A stretch of DNA of 64,000 nucleotides from Alphaproteobacteria bacterium (GTDB taxonomy: Bacteria; Pseudomonadota; Alphaproteobacteria; RF32; CAG-239), in assembly GCA_045593845.1 (NCBI GenBank), contig JAZNXK010000022.1:13855-77854 (forward strand). Reading direction: 5' to 3'. The notes under the pieces are model-generated. The model was not told where the DNA came from. It worked only from the letters and a program-made list of their open reading frames with translations, and did not search any database. Of the stretch, positions 51,386-59,642 are shown piece after piece. The position numbers were made by a program, and so were the translations under genes. Position 1 is the stretch's first letter; each line of letters starts with the position of its first letter.

Positions 51386-52065
51386 TGATAAAAAAATACC
51401 TGCAACCGCTTCGCTTTTTAATACAGGCATTCTTTATAGCCGGAATCTTCCTGCCGTTCTTACCTTTTGCCGATAACGTGGGACGAATGATATTTTTATC
51501 CGTTATCTTCTTGGGCGTTTTCTTTTGCGGCTTTATCTGCCCTTTCGGAGCAATACAAGATTGGCTCGGATGGATTGCGCAAAAACTACGGATTCCGCGT
51601 TTTAAGGTGCCGCCGTATATTCAAGTTTATTTGCAATGCTCACGTTACTTTTTCTACGCTTTAAGCACCATCGGAATAACCTTTTTCTTTTTGAGTGCTC
51701 GCTTTGAATTTAATCACGGTGTCTTTTTAGGCGCATTTGAATGGATTACCGCCGGTACAATCGGATTGTTTTTGTTATTGGCAATCTTTACGGACAGACC
51801 GTTTTGCAATTATTTCTGCCCCAAAGGTGCATCTTTAGGCATTTTAAGCGTTATGCGTTTGGTCAGTATTTCACGCGAGGAAAGCAAATGCGTTCACTGT
51901 CATTTGTGCGACAAGGCTTGCCCGATGAATATTATGGTGGAACAGTCCGACTTTGTGCGGCACCCAAACTGCATTAACTGTATGAAGTGCATCTGCGCTT
52001 GTCCGCAAGATTGTTTGCGCTTCAAATTACTGACAATAAAACAACAGAAAGGAAAAACAAAATGA
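51385..52065 (+). CDS. polytopic membrane 4Fe-4S protein (NapH/MauN-like)
   Basis: FFCGFICPFGAIQD and RPFCNYFCPKGA membrane-face Cys motifs, plus two ferredoxin motifs CVHCHLCDKACP and CINCMKCICACP. Confidence 0.8.
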   Translation: MIKKYLQPLRFLIQAFFIAGIFLPFLPFADNVGRMIFLSVIFLGVFFCGFICPFGAIQDWLGWIAQKLRIPRFKVPPYIQVYLQCSRYFFYALSTIGITFFFLSARFEFNHGVFLGAFEWITAGTIGLFLLLAIFTDRPFCNYFCPKGASLGILSVMRLVSISREESKCVHCHLCDKACPMNIMVEQSDFVRHPNCINCMKCICACPQDCLRFKLLTIKQQKGKTK

Positions 52066-52670
52066 AACGATTTTTAGCCGGTTGCATAACGGCAATCACA
52101 TTGGGATTACTTACATTTAACACACAAGCAAAGGAAATTGATATGACAGGTAAAAAAGTTTTGGTGGTTTATTTTTCAAGAGCCGGTGAACAATATAGTG
52201 TTGGGAACATAACCGAAGGAAATACGGCGATTATTGCAAAAATGATTGCTGAACAAACAAAAGCGGATTTATTTGAGGTGAAAGTAAAAAATGATACTTA
52301 TCCTACGGCTTATAAGGCCTTGACGGAAGTTGCTCTTTCGGAAAAGAAAGCAAACGCTCGGCCGGAAATAAGCGGGGATGTTGCGAATTTTGCCGATTAC
52401 GATGTCGTGTTTATCGGTACGCCGAATTGGTGGGCGGATTTACCGATGGCGCTTTATACCTTTATGGAAACGCACGATTGGAGCGGTAAAACGGTTGCAC
52501 CGTTTGTTACGCATGAAGGAAGCGGATTATCTTCAATTCCGAGCAAGATTAAGTCGGTAACCGGTGCAGAAATGCTGGATGGTTTAGCAATTTACGGCCA
52601 TGTTGCACAAAATGACCGCGAACAAGCCAAGGAAAATGTAACAAATTGGCTTAAGAAATTAGGATTTTAA
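52062..52670 (+). CDS. flavodoxin-family protein with an N-terminal signal peptide
   Basis: Signal-like MKRFLAGCITAITLGLLTFNTQA, then KKVLVVYFSRAGEQY. ATG 52062 overlaps the previous stop (ATGA). Confidence 0.75.
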   Translation: MKRFLAGCITAITLGLLTFNTQAKEIDMTGKKVLVVYFSRAGEQYSVGNITEGNTAIIAKMIAEQTKADLFEVKVKNDTYPTAYKALTEVALSEKKANARPEISGDVANFADYDVVFIGTPNWWADLPMALYTFMETHDWSGKTVAPFVTHEGSGLSSIPSKIKSVTGAEMLDGLAIYGHVAQNDREQAKENVTNWLKKLGF

Positions 52671-52681
52671 GGAGAAAATAT

Positions 52682-53197
52682 ATGAAGATTTTAGTGTTAA
52701 ATGGCAGTCCTACCAGAAATGGAAACACAGTTGCTCTCGTTAACGCTTTTAAGGAAGGTGCTGAATCCAAAGGACACGAAGTAACTGTTTTGAATATTGC
52801 ACATAAAAAGGTAAACGGATGCCTGTCCTGCGGATACTGTAAAGGGGCAGGAAACGGTAAATGTGCACAAAAGGATGATATGCAGGAAATATATCCTTAT
52901 TTAATGGAAGCGGAAATGATTGTATTGGCTTCACCGATTTATTACTTCACAATGTCAGCCCAATTACAGTCGGTTATACAACGCTTTTATGCCTTTATCT
53001 ATCCTCCTAAAGCAAAATATACAGCCTTATTGCTTTCATCTTATTCACCTGATGTTTACACGGGTGTGATTGCCCAGTATAAGGCTATGAATGCCTATGC
53101 TGGTATAACGGACAAAGGAATTGTTACAGCGGACAATTCAACAAATAAAACACCTGCTAAACTTGCTGAAGCAAGAGAATTTGGTGCAAGTTTATAA
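52682..53197 (+). CDS. NAD(P)H-dependent FMN reductase / iron-sulfur flavoprotein-like
   Basis: MKILVLNGSPTRNGNT, the Cys cluster CLSCGYC...C and LASPIYYF. Confidence 0.75.
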   Translation: MKILVLNGSPTRNGNTVALVNAFKEGAESKGHEVTVLNIAHKKVNGCLSCGYCKGAGNGKCAQKDDMQEIYPYLMEAEMIVLASPIYYFTMSAQLQSVIQRFYAFIYPPKAKYTALLLSSYSPDVYTGVIAQYKAMNAYAGITDKGIVTADNSTNKTPAKLAEAREFGASL

Positions 53198-53209
53198 AGG
53201 AAATCTCGT

Positions 53210-53605
53210 ATGAGAAAACTTTTAGTTTTATTGACAATGTTGGCAAGTACAACCGTTGCGGAGGCAAAGGATATGAGTTTAACCGTAAACATTTATTATA
53301 CTGGCGAAAACAGCAATGCTCGTAAGTTTGCCGAAGAAATGGAGCAAACTGGAACTGCCGCAGCCATCAGAGCAGAAAAAGGCAATTTGAAATATGAATA
53401 CTTTTATCCTGTTAATGATAAGGAAACCGTACTTTTGATTGACAGTTGGGAAAATCAGGAAGCCATAGATGCTCATCACGCCACACCGATGATGAACAAA
53501 ATTATAGAACTCAGAAACAAATACGACTTACATAGGCGTGTGGAACGCTATAAAGCCGATGAACAAGGTGTTCAAAGCCAAGATGAAGCATTTATCAGAA
53601 AATGA
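53210..53605 (+). CDS. ABM (antibiotic biosynthesis monooxygenase-like) domain protein with a signal peptide
   Basis: Signal-like MRKLLVLLTMLASTTVAEA. ABM-like LLIDSWENQEAIDAHHATP. Confidence 0.65.
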   Translation: MRKLLVLLTMLASTTVAEAKDMSLTVNIYYTGENSNARKFAEEMEQTGTAAAIRAEKGNLKYEYFYPVNDKETVLLIDSWENQEAIDAHHATPMMNKIIELRNKYDLHRRVERYKADEQGVQSQDEAFIRK

Positions 53606-53618
53606 AAGGAGATCAAAA

Positions 53619-54248
53619 ATGAAAGTATTACTCGTAAATGGTAGTCCACATAAACACGGATGTACAAATGTAGCCTTGGAAGAAATTGCCAAGACATTGA
53701 AAGAAGAAGGCATTGAATCTGAAATCTATCATATCGGGAACAAACCGATTTCCGGATGCATGGGATGCTATGCTTGTCGTAAAACCGGCAAATGTGTTAT
53801 CAATGATGGGGTGAACGAATTTGTAGAGAAAGCCAAAGATTTTGACGGCTTTATATTCGGAAGTCCGGTGCATTATGCCGCCGCCGGTGGTTCTATTACA
53901 TCTTTTATGGACAGAGTGTTCTTTGTTGCATTTGGTCGCAAAGATGTGTTTATTCATAAACCGGCCGCCGCTGTGGTTAGTGCCAGACGTGCCGGAACAA
54001 CTGCCGCTCTTGACCAACTGAACAAATACTTTTTGATGACACAAATGCCGGTTATATCCGGTCGTTATTGGAATATGGTGCATGGGGCGGTTGCCGAAGA
54101 AGTCAAACAAGATTTAGAAGGTTTGCAAAATATGCGCTTTTTGGCACGCAATATGGCGTGGCATTTGAAATGTCAGGAAGCTGGTAAAAAAGCCGGTGTT
54201 CCGATGCCGAAAGAAGAAAAGATTGTGTTTACTAACTTTATCAGATAA
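53619..54248 (+). CDS. NAD(P)H-dependent FMN reductase / iron-sulfur flavoprotein-like (second copy)
   Basis: MKVLLVNGSPHKHGCT, CMGCYAC...C and FGSPVHYA. ATG 53619 follows an AAAGGAGA RBS. Confidence 0.75.
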   Translation: MKVLLVNGSPHKHGCTNVALEEIAKTLKEEGIESEIYHIGNKPISGCMGCYACRKTGKCVINDGVNEFVEKAKDFDGFIFGSPVHYAAAGGSITSFMDRVFFVAFGRKDVFIHKPAAAVVSARRAGTTAALDQLNKYFLMTQMPVISGRYWNMVHGAVAEEVKQDLEGLQNMRFLARNMAWHLKCQEAGKKAGVPMPKEEKIVFTNFIR

Positions 54249-54258
54249 GGATTTGTGC

Positions 54259-55074
54259 ATGAAAAAACTACTTGTAGCAATTTTATTATCAACAACACTT
54301 TTAACAGGAGGAAACGCCATGGCGAAAGTTGTGCAAACAGCGGGAAGAAATCAATTGGGTGAATTTGCGCCGGATTTTGCCCATTACAACGATGATGTGC
54401 TTTTTGGTGAAAATTGGAACAATCAGGATATTGACCTTAAAACACGGAGCATGATAACGGTTGTGGCTTTGATGTCGCAAGGTATAACCGATTCATCATT
54501 GAAGCACCACTTGCAAAATGCCAAGAATAACGGTGTCAGCAAAGAAGAAATAGCCGCCGTTATTACTCATACGGCTTTCTATGCCGGATGGCCGAAGGCG
54601 TGGGCAACCTTTAATATGGCCAAAGAAGTATGGAATGATAATACACCGGCAATGTCAGAAAAGGACAAATATGCGCAAACAATTATGTTCCCGATTGGTG
54701 AGCCAAATAACGCATACGCCAAATATTTTATCGGACAGAGTTATCTTGCCCCGGTTTCAAAAGAACAAGTTAAGATATTCAATGTGACTTTTGAGCCGAA
54801 ATGCCGCAATAACTGGCATATTCATAAAGCCCAAAAAGGTGGCGGACAAATGTTAATTGCTGTTGGTGGCAGAGGATATTATCAAGAAGAAGGAAAAGCC
54901 CCGATTGAGATGAAACCTGGTGATGTTGTGAACATTCCTGCAAATGTAAAACATTGGCACGGTGCCGCACCGGATTCTTGGTTCTCGCATTTGGCCGTTG
55001 AAATAGATGGTGAAGCAACCGAAAATGTTTGGTTAGAACCGGTGATGGATGAAGAATACAACAAATTGAAGTAA
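54259..55074 (+). CDS. carboxymuconolactone decarboxylase-family plus cupin fusion with a signal peptide
   Basis: Signal-like MKKLLVAILLSTTLLTGGNAMA. CMD-like ITHTAFYAGWPKAW. Cupin-like NWHIH...GDVVNIPANVKHWHGA. Confidence 0.7.
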   Translation: MKKLLVAILLSTTLLTGGNAMAKVVQTAGRNQLGEFAPDFAHYNDDVLFGENWNNQDIDLKTRSMITVVALMSQGITDSSLKHHLQNAKNNGVSKEEIAAVITHTAFYAGWPKAWATFNMAKEVWNDNTPAMSEKDKYAQTIMFPIGEPNNAYAKYFIGQSYLAPVSKEQVKIFNVTFEPKCRNNWHIHKAQKGGGQMLIAVGGRGYYQEEGKAPIEMKPGDVVNIPANVKHWHGAAPDSWFSHLAVEIDGEATENVWLEPVMDEEYNKLK

Positions 55075-55091
55075 TTTTGAAAGCAAATAAT

Positions 55092-56198
55092 ATGAGGACG
55101 AAGATTTTGATGTATAGCGTATTTTTACTTTTAGCGATAATTATTGGCGGTGTTTGGTATGTCAACTTGCCTAAATTCGGACATTTGCCGGATGAAATCA
55201 GTCAGGCGAAAATAACAAAATCGCCGCACCAGATAAATGGTAAGTTTCATAATCTGCATCCGACCGAAAAAATGACCGGACAAGGCGGATTTTTCGCTGT
55301 CATGTGGGATTTTTGGTTTGGAAATCACCCTGACACAAAGCCGAACAAAGATATTCCGGCAATCAAGACCGATTTGAAGAAATTACCGCTAAATGATGAT
55401 TTGCTCGTATGGTTCGGACATTCTTCATATTATTTTCAACTGAATGGCAAACGTTATTTGGTTGACCCTGTGTTTTCAAATAATGCTTCGCCTTTGCCTC
55501 ATAATGTTGTGCCTTTTGGCGGAACAAGTATATATACGGCAGAGGATATGCCAGAGATTGATTACCTTATCATTACGCATGACCATTATGACCACTTGGA
55601 TTATGAAACCATTTTGGACTTAAAGCCGAAAGTTAAACACGTTATTACCGGATTAGGTGTCGGTTCACATTTCAGATATTGGGGCTATGATAAGAACATT
55701 ATTCAAGAAATGGACTGGAACGAAAGCATAGATATTGACAGTGGTAAACTATACGCGTTGCCGGCACGCCATTTTGCAGGACGTTTGTTTGAAAACCGCA
55801 CACTTTGGACATCCTATTTGCTTGAAAGCAACGGATACAAACTGTTTATTGGTGGTGATTCCGGTTATGATGACCATTTTAAGATGATTGGCGATAAGTT
55901 CGGAAGTATTGATTTTGCACTTTTAGAGGCTGGACAATATGATAAGAACTGGCGATATATCCACGAAATGCCGGAAGAATTTATTCAGTCTGCAACGGAT
56001 ATTAAAGTAAAACGCGTTGTTCCGGTTCACAATTCAAAGTTTTCAATCTGTAATCATCCGTGGTATGACCCTCTTGATAGAATCAGCGAACTTGCCGCAA
56101 ATACGGATTTGAATATCATTACCCCAAAAATCGGTGAAATTGTGGAACTAAAGAACAATGACCAACAATTTGCCCCTTGGTGGAAAGAAGTTAAGTAA
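55092..56198 (+). CDS. membrane-anchored MBL-fold metallo-hydrolase
   Basis: N-terminal TM segment and ITHDHYDHLD (HxHxDH). Confidence 0.75.
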   Translation: MRTKILMYSVFLLLAIIIGGVWYVNLPKFGHLPDEISQAKITKSPHQINGKFHNLHPTEKMTGQGGFFAVMWDFWFGNHPDTKPNKDIPAIKTDLKKLPLNDDLLVWFGHSSYYFQLNGKRYLVDPVFSNNASPLPHNVVPFGGTSIYTAEDMPEIDYLIITHDHYDHLDYETILDLKPKVKHVITGLGVGSHFRYWGYDKNIIQEMDWNESIDIDSGKLYALPARHFAGRLFENRTLWTSYLLESNGYKLFIGGDSGYDDHFKMIGDKFGSIDFALLEAGQYDKNWRYIHEMPEEFIQSATDIKVKRVVPVHNSKFSICNHPWYDPLDRISELAANTDLNIITPKIGEIVELKNNDQQFAPWWKEVK

Positions 56199-56310
56199 AA
56201 GTCAGACGTAATGACTTTATAAGACCGCTGCGGAAACGTAGCGGTTTAGTATTTTCCGAACTTTTCTTGCAATTTCGGTAAAAACATTTATTATCCCGAT
56301 AAAGAGGTAA

Positions 56311-57186
56311 ATGATGCACGATATTTGGAATCCATGGCACGGTTGCGTAAAAAAGAGCGAGGGCTGTCAGCACTGCTATATGTATTTTTTGGACAAGCAA
56401 AGAAATGCTGACGGCTCTAAAATATACCGTGTCAAAAACAATTTTGATTATCCTTTACACAAAAACGCCGATGGAACATACAAAATCAAAAGCGGTGAAT
56501 GTTTGCGTGCGTGCTTAACCTCGGATTTCTTTTTGGATGAAGCGGACGAATGGCGTGATGAAGCATGGAATATCATCAAAAAGCGTCCTGATGTCGGATT
56601 TTATTTGCTTACCAAGCGACCGGAAAGAGTGGCAGAACATTTGCCGAAAGATTGGGGAAACGGTTGGGATAATGTGTTTTTTAGTGTAACGGCAGAAAAT
56701 CAAGCAAGAGCCGATGAAAGATTACCGATTTTAATGGATTTACCTTTCAAACATAAGGGTGTGATGATAGCACCGTTTATCGGAGCAATAACATTAGAAA
56801 AGTGGCTCAAAACCGGACAGATTGAACAAGTTGTGGCAGGCGGTGAGAATTATGACGGTTCCCGTGTTTTGAAATATGAATGGGTGAAATCATTATATGA
56901 CGAATGCGTGGCGGCAAATATAATGTTTTGCTTTATAGAGACAGGAACGAAGTTTGAGAAAGACGGCAAAATTTATACAGTGCCGAGCAAACGTTTGCAA
57001 AGCGAACAAGCATACAAGTCCGGTTTGCAGTTTGCAGGAAAGCCGATTGAATGGCAATTACATAAGCCACAAAGCGAACTTTTTGATGACGGGTGGTATG
57101 TTAAACACTGGCGCAAAAATTGTGAAACTTGCGGTTCTCGGCTTATTTGCAACGGATGTTCTAATTGCGGCGAATGTGAAAAATAA
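56311..57186 (+). CDS. DUF5131 (phage Gp37/Gp68) family protein with an extra C-terminal Cys cluster
   Basis: WNPWHGCVKKSEGCQHCY matches the family's N-terminal three-Cys motif. The C-terminus is CETCGSRLICNGCSNCGEC. Confidence 0.7.
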   Translation: MMHDIWNPWHGCVKKSEGCQHCYMYFLDKQRNADGSKIYRVKNNFDYPLHKNADGTYKIKSGECLRACLTSDFFLDEADEWRDEAWNIIKKRPDVGFYLLTKRPERVAEHLPKDWGNGWDNVFFSVTAENQARADERLPILMDLPFKHKGVMIAPFIGAITLEKWLKTGQIEQVVAGGENYDGSRVLKYEWVKSLYDECVAANIMFCFIETGTKFEKDGKIYTVPSKRLQSEQAYKSGLQFAGKPIEWQLHKPQSELFDDGWYVKHWRKNCETCGSRLICNGCSNCGECEK

Positions 57187-57187
57187 A
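57145..57187 (+). repeat. 43-nt direct repeat, copy 2 (intact 3' end of the DUF5131-type gene)
   Basis: ATTTGCAACGGATGTTCTAATTGCGGCGAATGTGAAAAATAAA. It differs from copy 1 only at TGC/TGT, TGC/TGT and GAA/GAG. Confidence 0.9.
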
Positions 57188-57204
57188 CAATATTTTATAT
57201 AAAC

Positions 57205-57234
57205 TTACAGCCGAGTTTAACTGCTCGGCTTTTT
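57205..57234 (+). terminator. rho-independent terminator (repeat copy 1)
   Basis: TTACAGCCGAGTTTAACTGCTCGGCTTTT. Stem AGCCGAG / CTCGGCT followed by a T-run. Confidence 0.75.
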
Positions 57235-57382
57235 ATCTCAAGCGGCTAGTAATCGTTTCAATCAATACCTTCATAGTAATTCCTTGCTCTGTATATGAAT
57301 ATTTATGCCAACAGATACAATCGCATTAACTTAACCTTTAACATTTTGTGATTATATAAGCAATAAGTAAAAGGAGAATAAA

Positions 57383-57991
57383 ATGATAAAGTTTGTCAAA
57401 TTCTACGCTTTAGAGGTTTATACGGTTATATCAATGCTCGCTCTCGTTATTTCTGGGATTGTCGGCGATTTATCTGTCATTCAAAAATTTGTATTGGTTT
57501 ATATATTTTTGTTTGTTTTACACGAATGGGAAGAAATGAAGTATCCGGGTGGATTTGCTGATATGATAGCAAAAATGATTAAAGTAGATATAGATGAGAA
57601 GATGAAACGTCAAAGTCGTATTCCGACGAGCATTTTGCTCCTAACATTTACTTTGATACCTTTGTTTTTCCATCAATACCCGATAACTGTTTTACCGCTT
57701 GCTTTTTTAGGTTTGTTTGAGGGATTTGTTCATATTTTTGCTATACGTCTGTTTCGTTGCCAGAAATTTTATTCTCCGGGACTTGTAACTGCAGAAATTC
57801 AAGCAATTGTGACAATTGTTTTATTTAGCTATTTAATTAAAAACAATATACTATCAGGCATTGATTATTTAATTGGTGCATTGATTATGTGTGCGTGTTT
57901 TGTGTTGATGCAAAAAACAATAACCCAAATGGTTGGAATTAAATACAGCGATTTGCCAAAGATGCTCAAAAAACAATTGGCAAAGAAATAA
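57383..57991 (+). CDS. HXXEE-domain membrane protein
   Basis: LHEWEE motif in the second TM region. About six TM segments. Confidence 0.65.
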   Translation: MIKFVKFYALEVYTVISMLALVISGIVGDLSVIQKFVLVYIFLFVLHEWEEMKYPGGFADMIAKMIKVDIDEKMKRQSRIPTSILLLTFTLIPLFFHQYPITVLPLAFLGLFEGFVHIFAIRLFRCQKFYSPGLVTAEIQAIVTIVLFSYLIKNNILSGIDYLIGALIMCACFVLMQKTITQMVGIKYSDLPKMLKKQLAKK

Positions 57992-57997
57992 CGATTT

Positions 57998-58027
57998 TTA
58001 CAGCCGAGTTTAACCGCTCGGCTTTTT
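57998..58027 (+). terminator. rho-independent terminator (repeat copy 2)
   Basis: TTACAGCCGAGTTTAACCGCTCGGCTTTTTT. It has one loop mismatch relative to 57205..57234. Confidence 0.75.
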
Positions 58028-58105
58028 TGTTATTTAAAATTTTTCAAATTATGCCGAACGATTTTTTGATTTTGCGGAGTGTTGTCTGTTGAAAGGAAAA
58101 AAACA

Positions 58106-58264
58106 ATGGATACAGACAATGCTTTTGAAACTTTGATTGAACTTCTCTCAACTCCGATAATGATTTTGCTTGATGAGCAGGAAAATGGCGGAAAAGTATC
58201 TAATTTACTGGATAATAACGAAAAAGAGAGTGTTCATGTCACTCAAGAGGTGACCAATGGATAA
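58106..58264 (+). CDS. small acidic hypothetical protein
   Basis: ATG 58106 lies after GAAAGGAAAA. A further 30-codon ORF (58256..58348) overlaps its end and the DUF2924 start. Confidence 0.3.
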   Translation: MDTDNAFETLIELLSTPIMILLDEQENGGKVSNLLDNNEKESVHVTQEVTNG

Positions 58265-58341
58265 TTTAATCAATTTAATATTTAGTGCCGTTCTGGTGCT
58301 GATAGAAGAAAACAAAGAAAAAGACACAAAAGGAGAAACCG

Positions 58342-58740
58342 ATGATTAAGGTGGATTTAAATGTGGACTTGCGCAAAATCCCAGCGCTCACATTTCCTGA
58401 ATTGAAGGAATATTATGAGGCTCTGTTTAACATACCGACAACTTCTACCCGCAAGGAATATTATGTCTGGCGCATTACCAACAAATTGCAGGAAATGCGC
58501 TTCGGCGGGCTGGATAACAAAACACGCCGGATGTTAGAGAATATGGAAATTAAGGAATTAAGCGAGCATAAAATGGTTGCCGGTATTGAGCTCGTGAAAA
58601 AATACAAAGGTGCAACTTATAAAGTGCGCGTTGTCAACGGCGGTTTTATGATGGACGGTGAGGTTTATAAATCGCTCGGTGCGGTGGCCAGAACCATTAC
58701 CGGGCGCAAAATATCGGGACAGGCATTTTTCGGAGTATAG
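58342..58740 (+). CDS. DUF2924-family protein (serine-recombinase companion)
   Basis: [10 protein letters not shown]...[18 protein letters not shown] and the C-terminal [24 protein letters not shown]. It lies directly upstream of the recombinase fragment. Confidence 0.7.
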   Translation: MIKVDLNVDLRKIPALTFPELKEYYEALFNIPTTSTRKEYYVWRITNKLQEMRFGGLDNKTRRMLENMEIKELSEHKMVAGIELVKKYKGATYKVRVVNGGFMMDGEVYKSLGAVARTITGRKISGQAFFGV

Positions 58741-58742
58741 CG

Positions 58743-58973
58743 ATGGAAGAAATCAAGTGTGCGGTTTATACCAGAAAATCAACGGACGAAGGTTTGGAAA
58801 AAGAGTTTAATACCCTAGAAGCGCAGCGCGAGGCCGGCGAAAACTATGTTAAAAGCCAAAAGCACCAAGGCTGGGTGCTGATTAAAGAGCATTATGATGA
58901 CGGCGGTTTTAGCGGTGGTAACATGAACAGACCATCACTTAAACGCTTGTTGCAAGATGTTGAAGCCGGCAAA
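58743..58973 (+). pseudogene. 5' fragment of a large serine recombinase gene
   Basis: [30 protein letters not shown]...[23 protein letters not shown] is a resolvase-type catalytic N-terminus (catalytic Ser in YTRKST). Homology stops after about 77 codons and the frame runs into junk. Confidence 0.8.
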
Positions 58974-59004
58974 GAAAAAGCCTTATTTTTTTGGTATCCG
59001 GTTC

Positions 59005-59352
59005 GACACCCAATTGATTTGTGGTGATTTGAGAATTTTCGGAGATAAAGCGTATAATTTTCTCCTTACTTTTTTCAATTTTCTCCTTACTTTCCACCTT
59101 ACCTTTAATCTGCATTTCGCGATTATCCAGCAGATTTTTCTCACCCAAAAGCAGATTGCCGAAGAATTTATTCAAAAATTCCATGGTATAAGGAATGTCT
59201 TCCGTTAAATTTTGATAATTGGCTCTTACCAACGCATTACGAAAATACTTTGCGTTTTTCTCAAACATATCATTGGTCGTCTTAAATCCCAAAGTATAAA
59301 GGTATTTAATGATAAACACTGCTGTCGCTCTGGTGTTACCTTCTCCGAACAG
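59005..59352 (-). pseudogene. internal fragment of a Fic/DOC-family gene
   Basis: The reverse-strand translation reads HLFGEGNTRATAVFIIKYL (Fic motif HxFx[DE]GNxR). There is no N-terminal half and no start codon, and the C-terminal wHTH is cut at ...ITTNQL. Confidence 0.75.
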
Positions 59353-59360
59353 ATGAAAAA

Positions 59361-59394
59361 GTAAAAAATAACAAGAGGGGATTTATTCCCCTCT
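59361..59394 (-). terminator. rho-independent terminator of the AT-rich cassette
   Basis: On the minus strand: AGAGGGG-AATAAAT-CCCCTCT followed by TGTTATTTTTT. It lies 16 nt after the 59410 stop. Confidence 0.75.
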
Positions 59395-59409
59395 ATACTG
59401 AATGAATAG

Positions 59410-59592
59410 TTATTGATTGGTTCTATTATAAATCCTTATACTTGCATAGTCATAACCACAATCATTACAATGATGTGAAGGACTATCTTTTTCAATACAG
59501 CATCCACCGAGTTTTACTTCACCTTTTCCAAGTGCTTCATTCAACTCATTATCTCCAATAAAACCTCCCCATATATTATGTGAGCAATGCAT
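59410..59592 (-). CDS. 60-aa Cys/His-rich mini-protein (zinc-ribbon-like)
   Basis: MHCSH...LGGCCIEKDSPSHHCNDCGY, with a CC-x9-C-x2-C spacing plus an N-terminal C-x-H. No family name that I can assign with confidence. Confidence 0.5.
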   Translation of the reverse strand: MHCSHNIWGGFIGDNELNEALGKGEVKLGGCCIEKDSPSHHCNDCGYDYASIRIYNRTNQ

Positions 59593-59642
59593 GTAATATT
59601 ATTTTTGAATATTTGAACATATTAAAATAAATCACTTATCAT

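Noticed and set aside
52062-52085. LAGC near the flavodoxin N-terminus read as a lipobox
   Set aside because: The Cys is residue 8, too close to the N-terminus for a lipoprotein signal. A Sec-type signal ending at TQA is more plausible.
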